From a virus: a stretch of 64,000 nucleotides of DNA. The DNA is taken from positions 32,001 to 96,000 of the IMG/VR virus record IMGVR_UViG_3300030451_003374; one strand, written 5' to 3'. The position numbers and the translations under genes are program-made. Of the stretch, positions 18,689-27,254 are shown piece by piece. Position 1 is the first letter of the stretch, and each line of letters begins with the position of its first letter. The notes below the pieces were generated by a model that saw nothing but the letters and a program-made list of their open reading frames with translations, had not been told where the DNA came from and ran no database searches.

Positions 18689-19288
18689 TCACTCACATGT
18701 CAATAGCCAACTTCTATATTTTTTGCGATCTATCTTCATGAATGGTAAGTACTTTCTGATCTTCATACCAACTGCTTTCCACACAGGGTCGTCTAGTTTC
18801 TTATCAAACACATCACAGAACTTGAACAGTCTTTCGTAGATACACATGTTCTCTACACTAAATCTACCAGCAAGATGTTCTTTTAGTAATGGTGGATGAC
18901 CCTCTGAGGTGTCAAACAAATCGTCAATCTTATATGTCTCAAGTAATGTATTAGTCTGAGACTTGAAGTCATAGAACAAACTCTCTGATCTCCTCATCCA
19001 ATCCTTATATACTACCTCTCCTGATCTTATTATGTTTCCTATCCACACACCCTCAGGGTTATCTGTTGCTACAAAGTTAGCAAGGAAGAAATTATGTATC
19101 TCATTGTCCTTATACTTCCTTGATGTTTTCTCAAAGAAATATCGATCCTTCCTCTTGTAGAATGATTCTATCTTTGCTTTCGATCTACCACCATACTTAT
19201 GGTAGTCATACTTCTCTCTCGTAAAGTGATTCTTGAATGCAAGATACTCTTTGTAAGTATCAAACGGTGTCATAGGTCTCTTCAGCAT
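18689..19288 (-). CDS. gp59: Helicase loader gp59
   Basis: TPFDTYKEYLAFKNHFTREKYDYHKYGG..FYKRKDRYFFEK..HPPLLKEHLAG. Confidence 0.9.
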   Translation of the reverse strand: MLKRPMTPFDTYKEYLAFKNHFTREKYDYHKYGGRSKAKIESFYKRKDRYFFEKTSRKYKDNEIHNFFLANFVATDNPEGVWIGNIIRSGEVVYKDWMRRSESLFYDFKSQTNTLLETYKIDDLFDTSEGHPPLLKEHLAGRFSVENMCIYERLFKFCDVFDKKLDDPVWKAVGMKIRKYLPFMKIDRKKYRSWLLTCE

Positions 19289-20336
19289 ACATCGGTACGT
19301 TTTTCTTCATTGTAGCATCTAATTGCTTCGTTGCAGTAAACCAAACTGGATTACGTGGACACATCGTACAAATGTCATGGGGTTTCAACACCTCATCAAA
19401 TGATTTCCTTAGGTTTTCTTCGGTATCATTTATGCTTGTGGGTTTATAGTCAAGGTACTTCTTCCATGCTGGATCATCTACCTGATCTGTAGCATGCAAA
19501 GACTCCCTGAGATATGATATCATAGGGCACTTCCATAGATGTCCATTGTATAACTGACTGTTAGGGCAAGAGCAGTGCTTGAAACTCTCTTCAGGATCAC
19601 CCTCCTCAAAAGGATAGTACTTTATACTATCATCATTGAATTCATACTTGACAATGTCAAACCACTGTCTTGGTTTACCATCAAGTAATCTAAATGCTTC
19701 ACTAAACTCTAGTAGATTCTCTGTGTCCACACCTCTGGACTTGAGATACCTCACAAACTTTGCTGCGTTTTCCCAATTGATAGATCCCTGTGGTGTATAC
19801 CATGGTTTGTGGAAGGTAAGTCTAAACACTACACCTTTCAACATCTCATCAGCAATCCATTCTTGTTCCTGTATTAGTCTAGATCCATTGCTGAATAGTT
19901 TTATATTACATTTCTGTCCTGTTGCTTCTGCCACTTCTCTTGTGACTGTCACAACTTCTTTAGTCCTTGGTTCTAATAATGGTTCACCACCTATGATACT
20001 GATGTGACTCCACACATGTATCTTTGGTAGTATGTTCTTTATATCTTCCTTCAGTGCATCAATATCTACCCTACTGTTCACACCCAACAGACTACTGTTA
20101 TGATTACATGCTCTGCATGCTAGGTTGCACCCATTGATAACATGTATGCTGAGTAACCTAGTGGTAGGTCTTTCCTTCTCTAGTTCTGCGATCTCTTCTG
20201 GAGTGCACTGTCTGAAATTACTTATCCAAAAACCACGTTGTTCTCTCACGTAGTCGACACTAACCGCTACCTCTCTGAGTCTTTCCTCAGGTAATTGGTT
20301 GTGGATCTTTCCGAATGTCCACTCCTTGATCTTCAT
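19260..20336 (-). CDS. Radical SAM protein (paralog of 22272-23132)
   Basis: CNLACRAC (CxxxCxxC), GGEP, C-terminal CSCPNSQLYNGHLWKCP...CTMC. Confidence 0.85.
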   Translation of the reverse strand: MKIKEWTFGKIHNQLPEERLREVAVSVDYVREQRGFWISNFRQCTPEEIAELEKERPTTRLLSIHVINGCNLACRACNHNSSLLGVNSRVDIDALKEDIKNILPKIHVWSHISIIGGEPLLEPRTKEVVTVTREVAEATGQKCNIKLFSNGSRLIQEQEWIADEMLKGVVFRLTFHKPWYTPQGSINWENAAKFVRYLKSRGVDTENLLEFSEAFRLLDGKPRQWFDIVKYEFNDDSIKYYPFEEGDPEESFKHCSCPNSQLYNGHLWKCPMISYLRESLHATDQVDDPAWKKYLDYKPTSINDTEENLRKSFDEVLKPHDICTMCPRNPVWFTATKQLDATMKKNVPMYAEETYDTV

Positions 20337-20620
20337 TAGATGCTAAAGAATTTTGCCTTAGATGTTCTCTTTAGATAATTTAGGTCAGTAGCATTGCCTT
20401 TGAGTTTTTCTTTCAAAGGTTTGGTGATGAGTTTAGAAACAGATTCTACCTCGATGTTATTCACATCACAGTAGTGACAGATTGCCTCGATGTAGTTCAT
20501 CTCGTTGTTGTTACTAACAAGATTCTCAATGTCATTAGTAAACTTGTCCTGACAGAGCAATCTGTTCTTCAGGATCTCACGCATCTTTGTTTTGGCACTC
20601 ATTGATTTTTTCTTCGACAA
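20336..20620 (-). CDS. gp33: Late transcription coactivator gp33
   Basis: F..DIE.LV...MNYIEAICHYCDVNNIEVESVSKLITKPLKEKLK..A..LNYLKRTS. Confidence 0.88.
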   Translation of the reverse strand: MSKKKSMSAKTKMREILKNRLLCQDKFTNDIENLVSNNNEMNYIEAICHYCDVNNIEVESVSKLITKPLKEKLKGNATDLNYLKRTSKAKFFSI

Positions 20621-21251
20621 ATTTTTGAATGTAAAGGACTAATTTTTTCATATACTTTATCTTATCATACTCCTCGTACACTGTCACCTCTCCGTTCTCA
20701 CATGTCATAATAATAACAAGTTTCTTGACAGGTATTCCTGTACGTTCAAAGAACATACAAGCATACGCTGCTGCCTGTACAAAATAGTTCTCTATCCAAT
20801 CCCTAGGTTTGGGTTTCTCTGCTGTCTTGAAATCAATTATTGATAACTCTCCATTATATTCTGCGATGCAGTCGACTGTACCGGCAACACCTAACTCTTC
20901 ACTAAAAAGACTTTTCTCAAGAGCGTATATATTATTTATATTTTTTAGGGTCTCCTTCGCTTGAAGGAACAACATCTTAGGACTAGGTTTATCAAACTCT
21001 ACCTCCTTGTTGAGTAGATGATTCTCTATCAACTCATGTGTAGCAGTACCTCTGGAGGTTGCACGTTTAGTAATTCTATTTGCTTCTGCTTCACCTATCC
21101 TCTTCCTCCAGTCAACAAAGATTTGTTTATTCCAGTGTGAGGTAACTGAAGTGATTGAGACCATGGGTCTACCATTGACAGTGTAATACCTAGCACCATC
21201 TATATTCTGCCTCTTTAGTTTAGGCAGTTCGCAGTCAACATGAGTGAACAT
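20577..21251 (-). CDS. PD-(D/E)XK exonuclease (T4-like phage exonuclease A type)
   Basis: SITSVTS..RGT..H..EKSLFSEELGVAGTVDCIAEYNGELSIIDFKT..YFVQAAAY. Confidence 0.85.
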   Translation of the reverse strand: MFTHVDCELPKLKRQNIDGARYYTVNGRPMVSITSVTSHWNKQIFVDWRKRIGEAEANRITKRATSRGTATHELIENHLLNKEVEFDKPSPKMLFLQAKETLKNINNIYALEKSLFSEELGVAGTVDCIAEYNGELSIIDFKTAEKPKPRDWIENYFVQAAAYACMFFERTGIPVKKLVIIMTCENGEVTVYEEYDKIKYMKKLVLYIQKFVEEKINECQNKDA

Positions 21252-22003
21252 TACAAACCTAAGGTGTGTTTACTGGTGATATAACTCTTGACTAATCCAG
21301 ACCTTACTATATCATCAACACCAAACTCAACCAAAGCAAACTCAGGCATCATAGTGATGATCTTTTGAAAGTCTAAGATACCATTCTTCTCATTGGTTCT
21401 AATGAGATCGGTTTGTGCTACGTCACCGCAGAACATAATCTTAGTGTCTTCACCTACTCTTGTTATTATACTATCTAACTCATGAAAATTCAAGTTCTGT
21501 GACTCATCTACTATAACAATAGAAGCATCAAGTGTTGTTCCTCTGATGAAAGATGTAGACCAGAAGGTCACACTCTCCTGTGCTTTGAGATTACCCCACA
21601 ACATTTCAAATTCATTGTCCGTTGCCAACTCAAACATATACTTGACCATATTCTTGTATGGTATCTGGTATAGTGCTGACTTGTCCTCGTGATCACCAGG
21701 TAAGAAACCTATCTCTCTAGTTGACACAAGTGATCGTACCAAGACTACCTTATTGTATGGTGTCAAAGGATCTAGCACCTGTTTCAGTGCCATGTAGAGG
21801 GTGATGAATGTCTTACCTGTTCCTGCTGCACCGTAAAGGAATAGGTTCTTGCCCTCATTGTAGTGAGCAAATGCAGTAGTCTGATTAGGTGTGATAGGTT
21901 CGATAGGAACCATCATGTCAGAGTTATATGGTTTCTTCCTACGTAATTGCTTTGCTGTCATGCCAGCACCTACACTGACTGACATTTTCTTTTTGCGTGG
22001 CAT
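21251..22003 (-). CDS. phoH: PhoH-like protein
   Basis: GAAGTGKT Walker A, IGFLPGD, IRGTTL, VDESQN, GDVAQTDL, DIVRSGLV; likely start MPRKKK at 22003. Confidence 0.93.
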   Translation of the reverse strand: MPRKKKMSVSVGAGMTAKQLRRKKPYNSDMMVPIEPITPNQTTAFAHYNEGKNLFLYGAAGTGKTFITLYMALKQVLDPLTPYNKVVLVRSLVSTREIGFLPGDHEDKSALYQIPYKNMVKYMFELATDNEFEMLWGNLKAQESVTFWSTSFIRGTTLDASIVIVDESQNLNFHELDSIITRVGEDTKIMFCGDVAQTDLIRTNEKNGILDFQKIITMMPEFALVEFGVDDIVRSGLVKSYITSKHTLGL

Positions 22004-22254
22004 TAGAAGTGTACTGTCTTTTGTGGTTTTACTTTTGATCCTGGTACTTGTGCTACCTTTGATAGCACCTCGTTCCATCCACCATCTGTTCTACTGTAAG
22101 CATCTCCTGTGCCACTGACGGTACCTGCTGCACCCTGTGACCAATCTTTATCCCAATCAGGGTTGTCCTTTCTCCACTGATCATACTCTTTCATAGACAT
22201 CATGAGTTCTTTAGTCTCACCTGTCTTCAAATTCTTTATTGGGTATGTTGGCAT
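22003..22254 (-). CDS. FmdB-like small protein lacking zinc-ribbon cysteines
   Basis: MPTYP..N..TGE..E..M..EYDQW..NPDW..GWNEVLSKV..PGS; typical upstream neighbour of cyanophage phoH. Confidence 0.65.
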   Translation of the reverse strand: MPTYPIKNLKTGETKELMMSMKEYDQWRKDNPDWDKDWSQGAAGTVSGTGDAYSRTDGGWNEVLSKVAQVPGSKVKPQKTVHF

Positions 22255-22271
22255 GTGTTTTTGTAAGTGAT

Positions 22272-23132
22272 TTATTTATAGGTATTAATTACCTTCCTCT
22301 GTGTCTTCTCTTGTTGAGCAGCACTAAAGTGAAGAGGTTTTGCTGTACACATTCTGCATACATTATCAGGTAGTATAGATCCCTCACAAAACTTTGTCAA
22401 CTCATCGTCAGCACAGTCAACAGAGACACCATCAACATAATATTCCTGCCACTCTGGATCATCACGTTGACCTGTTACGTCCAACATCTCCCTAAGAAAT
22501 GCAGTGTTCGGACATTTCCACAACTTACCATTATATAATTGTGAGTTAGGACATGAACAATACTTGAAACTCTTATCAGGTTTCTCATGGTTGTATGGAT
22601 ATACTTTATCTCCTCTCTTCTTTATACTATAGAACCACCTGTCCTTATTAGTATGATGTTCTGTTGCTCTAATCTTCCACGTCTGATTGGGAGCAGGACC
22701 TATGAACAATTCATGATCTGTCTTAGCAACAAAGTCTCTTACTGTTTTTATTATCTTGGCACCACGTTCTGTAGTCTCTGGTAAATGAAAACTAAATCTC
22801 AGATATACTTTAGGGTGGTCAAGGTATTTGTATATCCAATCATTACTTTCTAACAGTTCACCATTAGTATAAAGATACACATCATTACTAGCATGCTCTA
22901 GACATGTAGTAAATATCTCCTCGCATCTAGGATTCAAGAGTGGTTCACCACCTATCACTGACACTCTATTGATATCTACTCTTGGTAAGATAGTCTTTAT
23001 ATCATACAGAAGTTTATCTGTATCTAATTTACTGCCTGGTGCAAAGTAATTACTAAAATGATTACAACCTTTACATGATAGGTTGCAACCAATGGCAGAA
23101 CTAACGTCAAGTATGTTGAGTCTAGGTTTCAT
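22272..23132 (-). CDS. Radical SAM protein (paralog of 19260-20336)
   Basis: CNLSCKGC, GGEP, CSCPNSQLYNGKLWKCP...CRMC. Confidence 0.85.
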   Translation of the reverse strand: MKPRLNILDVSSAIGCNLSCKGCNHFSNYFAPGSKLDTDKLLYDIKTILPRVDINRVSVIGGEPLLNPRCEEIFTTCLEHASNDVYLYTNGELLESNDWIYKYLDHPKVYLRFSFHLPETTERGAKIIKTVRDFVAKTDHELFIGPAPNQTWKIRATEHHTNKDRWFYSIKKRGDKVYPYNHEKPDKSFKYCSCPNSQLYNGKLWKCPNTAFLREMLDVTGQRDDPEWQEYYVDGVSVDCADDELTKFCEGSILPDNVCRMCTAKPLHFSAAQQEKTQRKVINTYK

Positions 23133-23931
23133 TATATGCTAGGTATGCTGCACCCATTGCAGTGCCACCATCGTGAGCAACAGGTTCAATATAGAAATTT
23201 ATATGAGGGTACATCTTTTGTATCTTATAGTTAGCAACACAGTTCAAGAAGCAACCACCTGACAAACATACATCTCCTGTTGTCATTTCTATTAGTTCTT
23301 TATATCTTCTCTCCCATCTTTTTTGTATGGTAGCAGCAGGGTCATGATTGTATGCACTCAGACCCATGACCTTCCCTGCATCTCTGTAGTCCCAATCATA
23401 TGTCTTAGCAGTCTCTTCAAATAATCTACCAATACCTACGAACTCAGGTGAGAAGTATCTCTTGTGTGTCTCTACGAATGTGGGTGCTACGAAAATAGAT
23501 TCTATCTCTAGTCCTTCGCTTGTCTTAGAACCATTAGAGTCTACAACCACACAAGATGCATCAGTAAACCCAGAGTTATAGAAAGCACATGCAGCATGAG
23601 TTAGATGATGCATAGATCTATAGTCATACAGTCTAGCGTTAGGATATTTCTTTTTTATATTTGATATGTCTTTTATATTATCTAATCTCTTATCACCTTG
23701 AGTCCAGTATGAGTCAGTCAAGGCTACGTGTTCAATTCCTTCTGGTAGATATGGTAACAAGGAACTGACCTTATGATCCCACTTGTTCCTTGTTACTCTC
23801 TCCGACTCCAGATATAATTTTGGTTTACCATACTCCAATAAACATACCGACCCGTTGTTTGATAGGTTGAACCCTACAACCCATTTTTTTGCCGGAGTTT
23901 TTTTTCCAGTTTCTGGTAAACTAAAAGTCAT
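23122..23931 (-). CDS. Carbamoyltransferase N-terminal (Kae1-like) domain, copy 1
   Basis: ESERVTRNK, HHLTHAACAF, VVDSNG, GKVMGLSAY, SGGCFLNCVAN, HDGGTAMGAA. Confidence 0.85.
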   Translation of the reverse strand: MTFSLPETGKKTPAKKWVVGFNLSNNGSVCLLEYGKPKLYLESERVTRNKWDHKVSSLLPYLPEGIEHVALTDSYWTQGDKRLDNIKDISNIKKKYPNARLYDYRSMHHLTHAACAFYNSGFTDASCVVVDSNGSKTSEGLEIESIFVAPTFVETHKRYFSPEFVGIGRLFEETAKTYDWDYRDAGKVMGLSAYNHDPAATIQKRWERRYKELIEMTTGDVCLSGGCFLNCVANYKIQKMYPHINFYIEPVAHDGGTAMGAAYLAYNET

Positions 23932-23935
23932 TTTT
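23881..23935. repeat. A/T-tract element, copy 2 (overlaps the start of the carbamoyltransferase N gene)
   Basis: Aligns with 16355-16412; read in frame it gives MTFSLPETGKKTPAKKW. Confidence 0.65.
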
Positions 23936-24527
23936 GCCTGAGCTTATGCACCTCAGGGAAGTAAAGATAATCTATTGCACTATCCTCAAAGGTTTTGATT
24001 GCATCCTCAGGTGTCTCCACTAGAGGTTCTCCTGCCATGTTGAATGATGTATTGAATAGCATAGGCACATCAGTAATCTGATAGAAAGCATCAATCAATT
24101 GATAGTAATTTAGATTGTCTTTCATGTCAACAGTTTGTACTCTACAAGTCTTGTCTATGTGTAGTACCGCAGGGATTTTATCATGTGTATGTGGTAAAGC
24201 ATCCACAGCATACATCATGTACGGAGACTCTACAAGTCCTGCCATGTCAAACCACTTGTGTGCATGAGGTAGTAGTACACTGCCAGCGAATGGTCTGAAG
24301 GACTCTCTTCTTTTGATTAAATTAATCTTGTCTTTACCTTCAGGGTCTCTTGGATCAAACAAGATAGATCTATTACCTAGTGCTCTAGGTCCTGCTTCTG
24401 ACCGTCCTTGAAAGATGGCAACGCTATTTCTATCCGCCAAAAGCTCTGCTACTTGGTGGGAAGTAACGGTGTCACCTTCTATATCTTGAAGGTCGTAAGT
24501 AGGTCCTAAGTAAAGTGTTTCAATCAT
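23928..24527 (-). CDS. Carbamoyltransferase C-terminal (YrdC-like) domain
   Basis: FQGRSEAGPRALGNRSIL..IKRRESFRPFA..H.D.TCRVQTV..LFNTSFN..GEPLVETPEDA. Confidence 0.9.
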   Translation of the reverse strand: MIETLYLGPTYDLQDIEGDTVTSHQVAELLADRNSVAIFQGRSEAGPRALGNRSILFDPRDPEGKDKINLIKRRESFRPFAGSVLLPHAHKWFDMAGLVESPYMMYAVDALPHTHDKIPAVLHIDKTCRVQTVDMKDNLNYYQLIDAFYQITDVPMLFNTSFNMAGEPLVETPEDAIKTFEDSAIDYLYFPEVHKLRQK

Positions 24528-24744
24528 CGTGGTCGTCCCAAGGGTCTGTTAGTTCTTTGTTATCAAAGAAGGATTTATACAGACCGTACCCTGAGAGGAG
24601 TACTAATATTACAAGGACTGAGATGCCAAAAGTAATGTTTGGATTCAATGTCAAGTGAGGAATCAATGGTTCCTTACAGTTCAATTCCCATGTACCAGGT
24701 AAAAAATACACTGGTGGGCAAGATAAAAATGTCATACTATCCAA
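24520..24744 (-). CDS. psbN: PsbN-like protein with N-terminal extension
   Basis: Single TM helix ISVLVILVLLSGYGLYKSF then ELTDPWDDHDD, matching the PsbN pattern TGY..Y..F...L.DPF..H.D. Confidence 0.7.
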   Translation of the reverse strand: MDSMTFLSCPPVYFLPGTWELNCKEPLIPHLTLNPNITFGISVLVILVLLSGYGLYKSFFDNKELTDPWDDHDD

Positions 24745-25232
24745 TTTGGTTTTCTGGATGGGTCACGTAGATAATTAGATGCAACCCAAGGTTTGCTGCT
24801 AATGTAATTCTTGTAAGCAGTAAAAGTGTCAATGCTTGTGTCATGTTTATACTCATCAGGCATTGCACGGGTAAAGGACGTGGGTGGTGGGCAGTCGTCA
24901 AAGATAATATCAGCACACTCTATTGTGTACTGACAACTATGAGTCTTGTTGTATCTATGCGTGTATTCTGCACACAATGCTAGACCATGTTCAATCAACC
25001 ATCTGTAGTTAGTCTGTGCCCAGATAGTACATGGATGATTACGGAAAGCACCCTTCTCTGTATTGTATGGTGAACCATCTACCTTAGGTAGTATGCCAAA
25101 ACCATGACCCCACTTGTCTGACGCTACGATAGAGAGCATTTGACATGTCTCTAGTGGCATCTTGACTATGTGTTTGTCGGGTAAAACTTGAGCAGACTTG
25201 ACAGGTGATGGATCAGTTACAAAAATGTTCAT
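24732..25232 (-). CDS. denV: Pyrimidine dimer DNA glycosylase / endonuclease V family
   Basis: MNIF..DP...SAQ.LPDKHIVKMPLETCQMLS..HPCTIW..EYT.RY.K.H..AMPDEYK. Confidence 0.8.
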   Translation of the reverse strand: MNIFVTDPSPVKSAQVLPDKHIVKMPLETCQMLSIVASDKWGHGFGILPKVDGSPYNTEKGAFRNHPCTIWAQTNYRWLIEHGLALCAEYTHRYNKTHSCQYTIECADIIFDDCPPPTSFTRAMPDEYKHDTSIDTFTAYKNYISSKPWVASNYLRDPSRKPNWIV

Positions 25233-26268
25233 AATATGCTAGTAACGCTGAACCTATTGCTAGACCACCATCATAAGAAAGTGGGTCAGCATATAGATTT
25301 ACATCTACATTCTTTATGATAGCGTAGTTTGCTACACAATTCAAGAAGAAACCACCAGTTACACACACATTCTTATTATTTGTTAGGTTTATTGCCATCG
25401 CTACCATGTATATTGCATGTCTTTCTGCTGATTTTTGTAGATTATATGCTAGGTCTATTGGTTCTTGGTTACCATAGTATCCTGTGCTATCCTCCTTGGC
25501 ATATAATTCTTTGCTACAAAAACTATGACCATACTCCTCTTTGAATAGATCAATACGTTTAGATCCATATCCTGTACGTTCAGATCCATATGCTGACAGT
25601 CCCATCGTCTTCCCTGCATCTAACTCATCAAACCCACACTCTCTTGAGACCCTTCTGTATGCCTGTCCAACGCTAGTCCTATCACTATAGAGTATAAATC
25701 CATCAGTATTCTCACTGTGACAGTCCTCTCCCTCCCAGAACAGTAACTCTGTGTTCATTGATTCCCAATATGGTTTCTCTATTTTTCTACATTCTTCTTC
25801 ACTCCAGAACGTAGAGTAATGTTTGAAGACAGGATTCTCATTGTCAAATATACTTTCTATCTCACAGAATCTACGTTCATTATGATCATGAACTGATCCT
25901 TTACCATCCATTACTAAGACAGCACAGTCATCAAATGGTGATCCGTAACGTGCGTTAGCAGCATGACACTCATGATGTCTCTGTCTGTAATCTAGTATCG
26001 GTATGTTCTTATCTCTTATGACTTTACAAACTGCTTCCTTCTCCTTAGTTCTCTGTAAAAACTTCTTAGGATAATACTTTGTATAACAATCACATATAGC
26101 AACAGCATCTACACCATCAAGGTATTTCTCTACCAAAAATTTTGCACCACGATCCCTCTTGATTCTACTGAGTCTTTCTTCTTCAAGATAAAACTCAACC
26201 TCACCGTCATTTATGATAGCAAGAGAACCATTCTTAGATAAATTTATTCCTGCAATCCGTGTTCCCAT
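25213..26268 (-). CDS. Carbamoyltransferase N-terminal (Kae1-like) domain, copy 2
   Basis: EEERLSRIK, HHECHAANA, VMDGKG, GKTMGLSAYG, DLAYNLQ, TGGFFLNCVAN, DGGLAIGSA; no C-terminal domain follows. Confidence 0.85.
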   Translation of the reverse strand: MGTRIAGINLSKNGSLAIINDGEVEFYLEEERLSRIKRDRGAKFLVEKYLDGVDAVAICDCYTKYYPKKFLQRTKEKEAVCKVIRDKNIPILDYRQRHHECHAANARYGSPFDDCAVLVMDGKGSVHDHNERRFCEIESIFDNENPVFKHYSTFWSEEECRKIEKPYWESMNTELLFWEGEDCHSENTDGFILYSDRTSVGQAYRRVSRECGFDELDAGKTMGLSAYGSERTGYGSKRIDLFKEEYGHSFCSKELYAKEDSTGYYGNQEPIDLAYNLQKSAERHAIYMVAMAINLTNNKNVCVTGGFFLNCVANYAIIKNVDVNLYADPLSYDGGLAIGSALLAYYEHFCN

Positions 26269-26891
26269 CCTAGTGCCTCCGCAACGGCAGGGAATTGTCC
26301 TGCAAAAATACAGGCACAGTTCCTAGCGATCTCCATGTGTTCCTTTTGAGTACCGTGTGCAGATCTTAAATTTATGTAGTGTATCCAAGACCGACATGAT
26401 CCTGTCATGTAAATTTTTGTAGGTGTCGCTAGTGGTAAGACAAACCTTGCACACTCCTTCGCAACACCCTCCTCTAGCATCTGATGATACAATGCCTCTG
26501 CTGAACTGAACAAAGTTTTTATCTGCAATTCTAACTTCTGTTTTACAAACTCATCCAAGTCATCAGTAGAGTTCTGACGATTCTTTTCGTCCTGTCTTCT
26601 GAGATCTGGTACAGGTATCTCTCCTAGATGATCAGTGCTTGCATAGCGTTGACTGAACTCTTGGAATGTAAATGATCTATGTCTTAGTATCTGTGCAGCG
26701 ATAGCACGAGTTGTCTCTATCTCTAGAGTCATGGTCGCTTGCTCAAATACTGACCAGTGATTGTGCTTGATACAATACTTCAGCAAACCAGCGTACTTCT
26801 CGTTCTCCTGATTGTTAGGGTTAGATACTCTGGCAATGTATGCCATCATCTTCTCAGCATCAGGAGTGATGGTTACTAACTTGACGTTCAT
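26244..26891 (-). CDS. thyX: Flavin-dependent thymidylate synthase
   Basis: HWSVFE, RHRSFTFQEFSQRY (RHRx7S), ARFVLP, AHGTQKEH. Confidence 0.95.
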   Translation of the reverse strand: MNVKLVTITPDAEKMMAYIARVSNPNNQENEKYAGLLKYCIKHNHWSVFEQATMTLEIETTRAIAAQILRHRSFTFQEFSQRYASTDHLGEIPVPDLRRQDEKNRQNSTDDLDEFVKQKLELQIKTLFSSAEALYHQMLEEGVAKECARFVLPLATPTKIYMTGSCRSWIHYINLRSAHGTQKEHMEIARNCACIFAGQFPAVAEALGWEHGLQE

Positions 26892-27040
26892 ATGTCCTCT
26901 ATTTGATCACCATAATCCACTTCAACTGGATCTAGGTCATCATATTTATAGGACTGTTCGTCACTCCATACCTCTGCCTTGAGTGCAGACAGTAGCATTT
27001 CTAAGTCAGTGACGATGACTTTTAGTTTGTCTCTATCCAT
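26888..27040 (-). CDS. Small conserved cyanophage protein (50 aa)
   Basis: MDRDKLKVIVTDLEMLLSALKAEVWSDEQSYKYDDLDPVEVDYGDQIEDI; ATGA overlap with thyX. Confidence 0.65.
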   Translation of the reverse strand: MDRDKLKVIVTDLEMLLSALKAEVWSDEQSYKYDDLDPVEVDYGDQIEDI

Positions 27041-27046
27041 GACAAA

Positions 27047-27084
27047 ATTATAGCATAAAAAAAGGAGGGTGCAATACCCTCCTT
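27047..27084 (-). terminator. Rho-independent terminator overlapping a sigma70-like promoter
   Basis: AAGGAGGGT-attgc-ACCCTCCTT followed by a T-run; TTGCAC-N16-TATAAT overlaps it. Confidence 0.75.
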
Positions 27085-27103
27085 GTATCAGATGTACTCA
27101 GTT

Positions 27104-27223
27104 CTATGCTGTTACAGCTTTCTCTAATCTTATTCCACGATAAGTTAGTTCGACTTTGTTAGTCTTCTGAGTTTTGTTTCTGTCAGTGTCATACTTGACA
27201 CCACGATAAGTGACTTGTGCCAT
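27104..27223 (-). CDS. DUF4278 family peptide (39 aa)
   Basis: MAQVTYRGVKYDTDRNKTQKTNKVELTYRGIRLEKAVTA with two YRG motifs; downstream of a glutamine riboswitch. Confidence 0.85.
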   Translation of the reverse strand: MAQVTYRGVKYDTDRNKTQKTNKVELTYRGIRLEKAVTA

Positions 27224-27254
27224 TTGGTTTCTCCAAAGTAGTAGGGATTGTAGC

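Noticed and set aside
20577-21251. Cas4-like nuclease suggesting CRISPR involvement
   Set aside because: No Fe-S cysteine set, no repeat-spacer array in the window; this is the common T4-like phage exonuclease next to phoH
23122-24527. Frameshifted (pseudogene) carbamoyltransferase
   Set aside because: Gene order on the minus strand is C-domain first then N-domain, each with its own start and an ATGA overlap, so a single frameshift cannot explain the split
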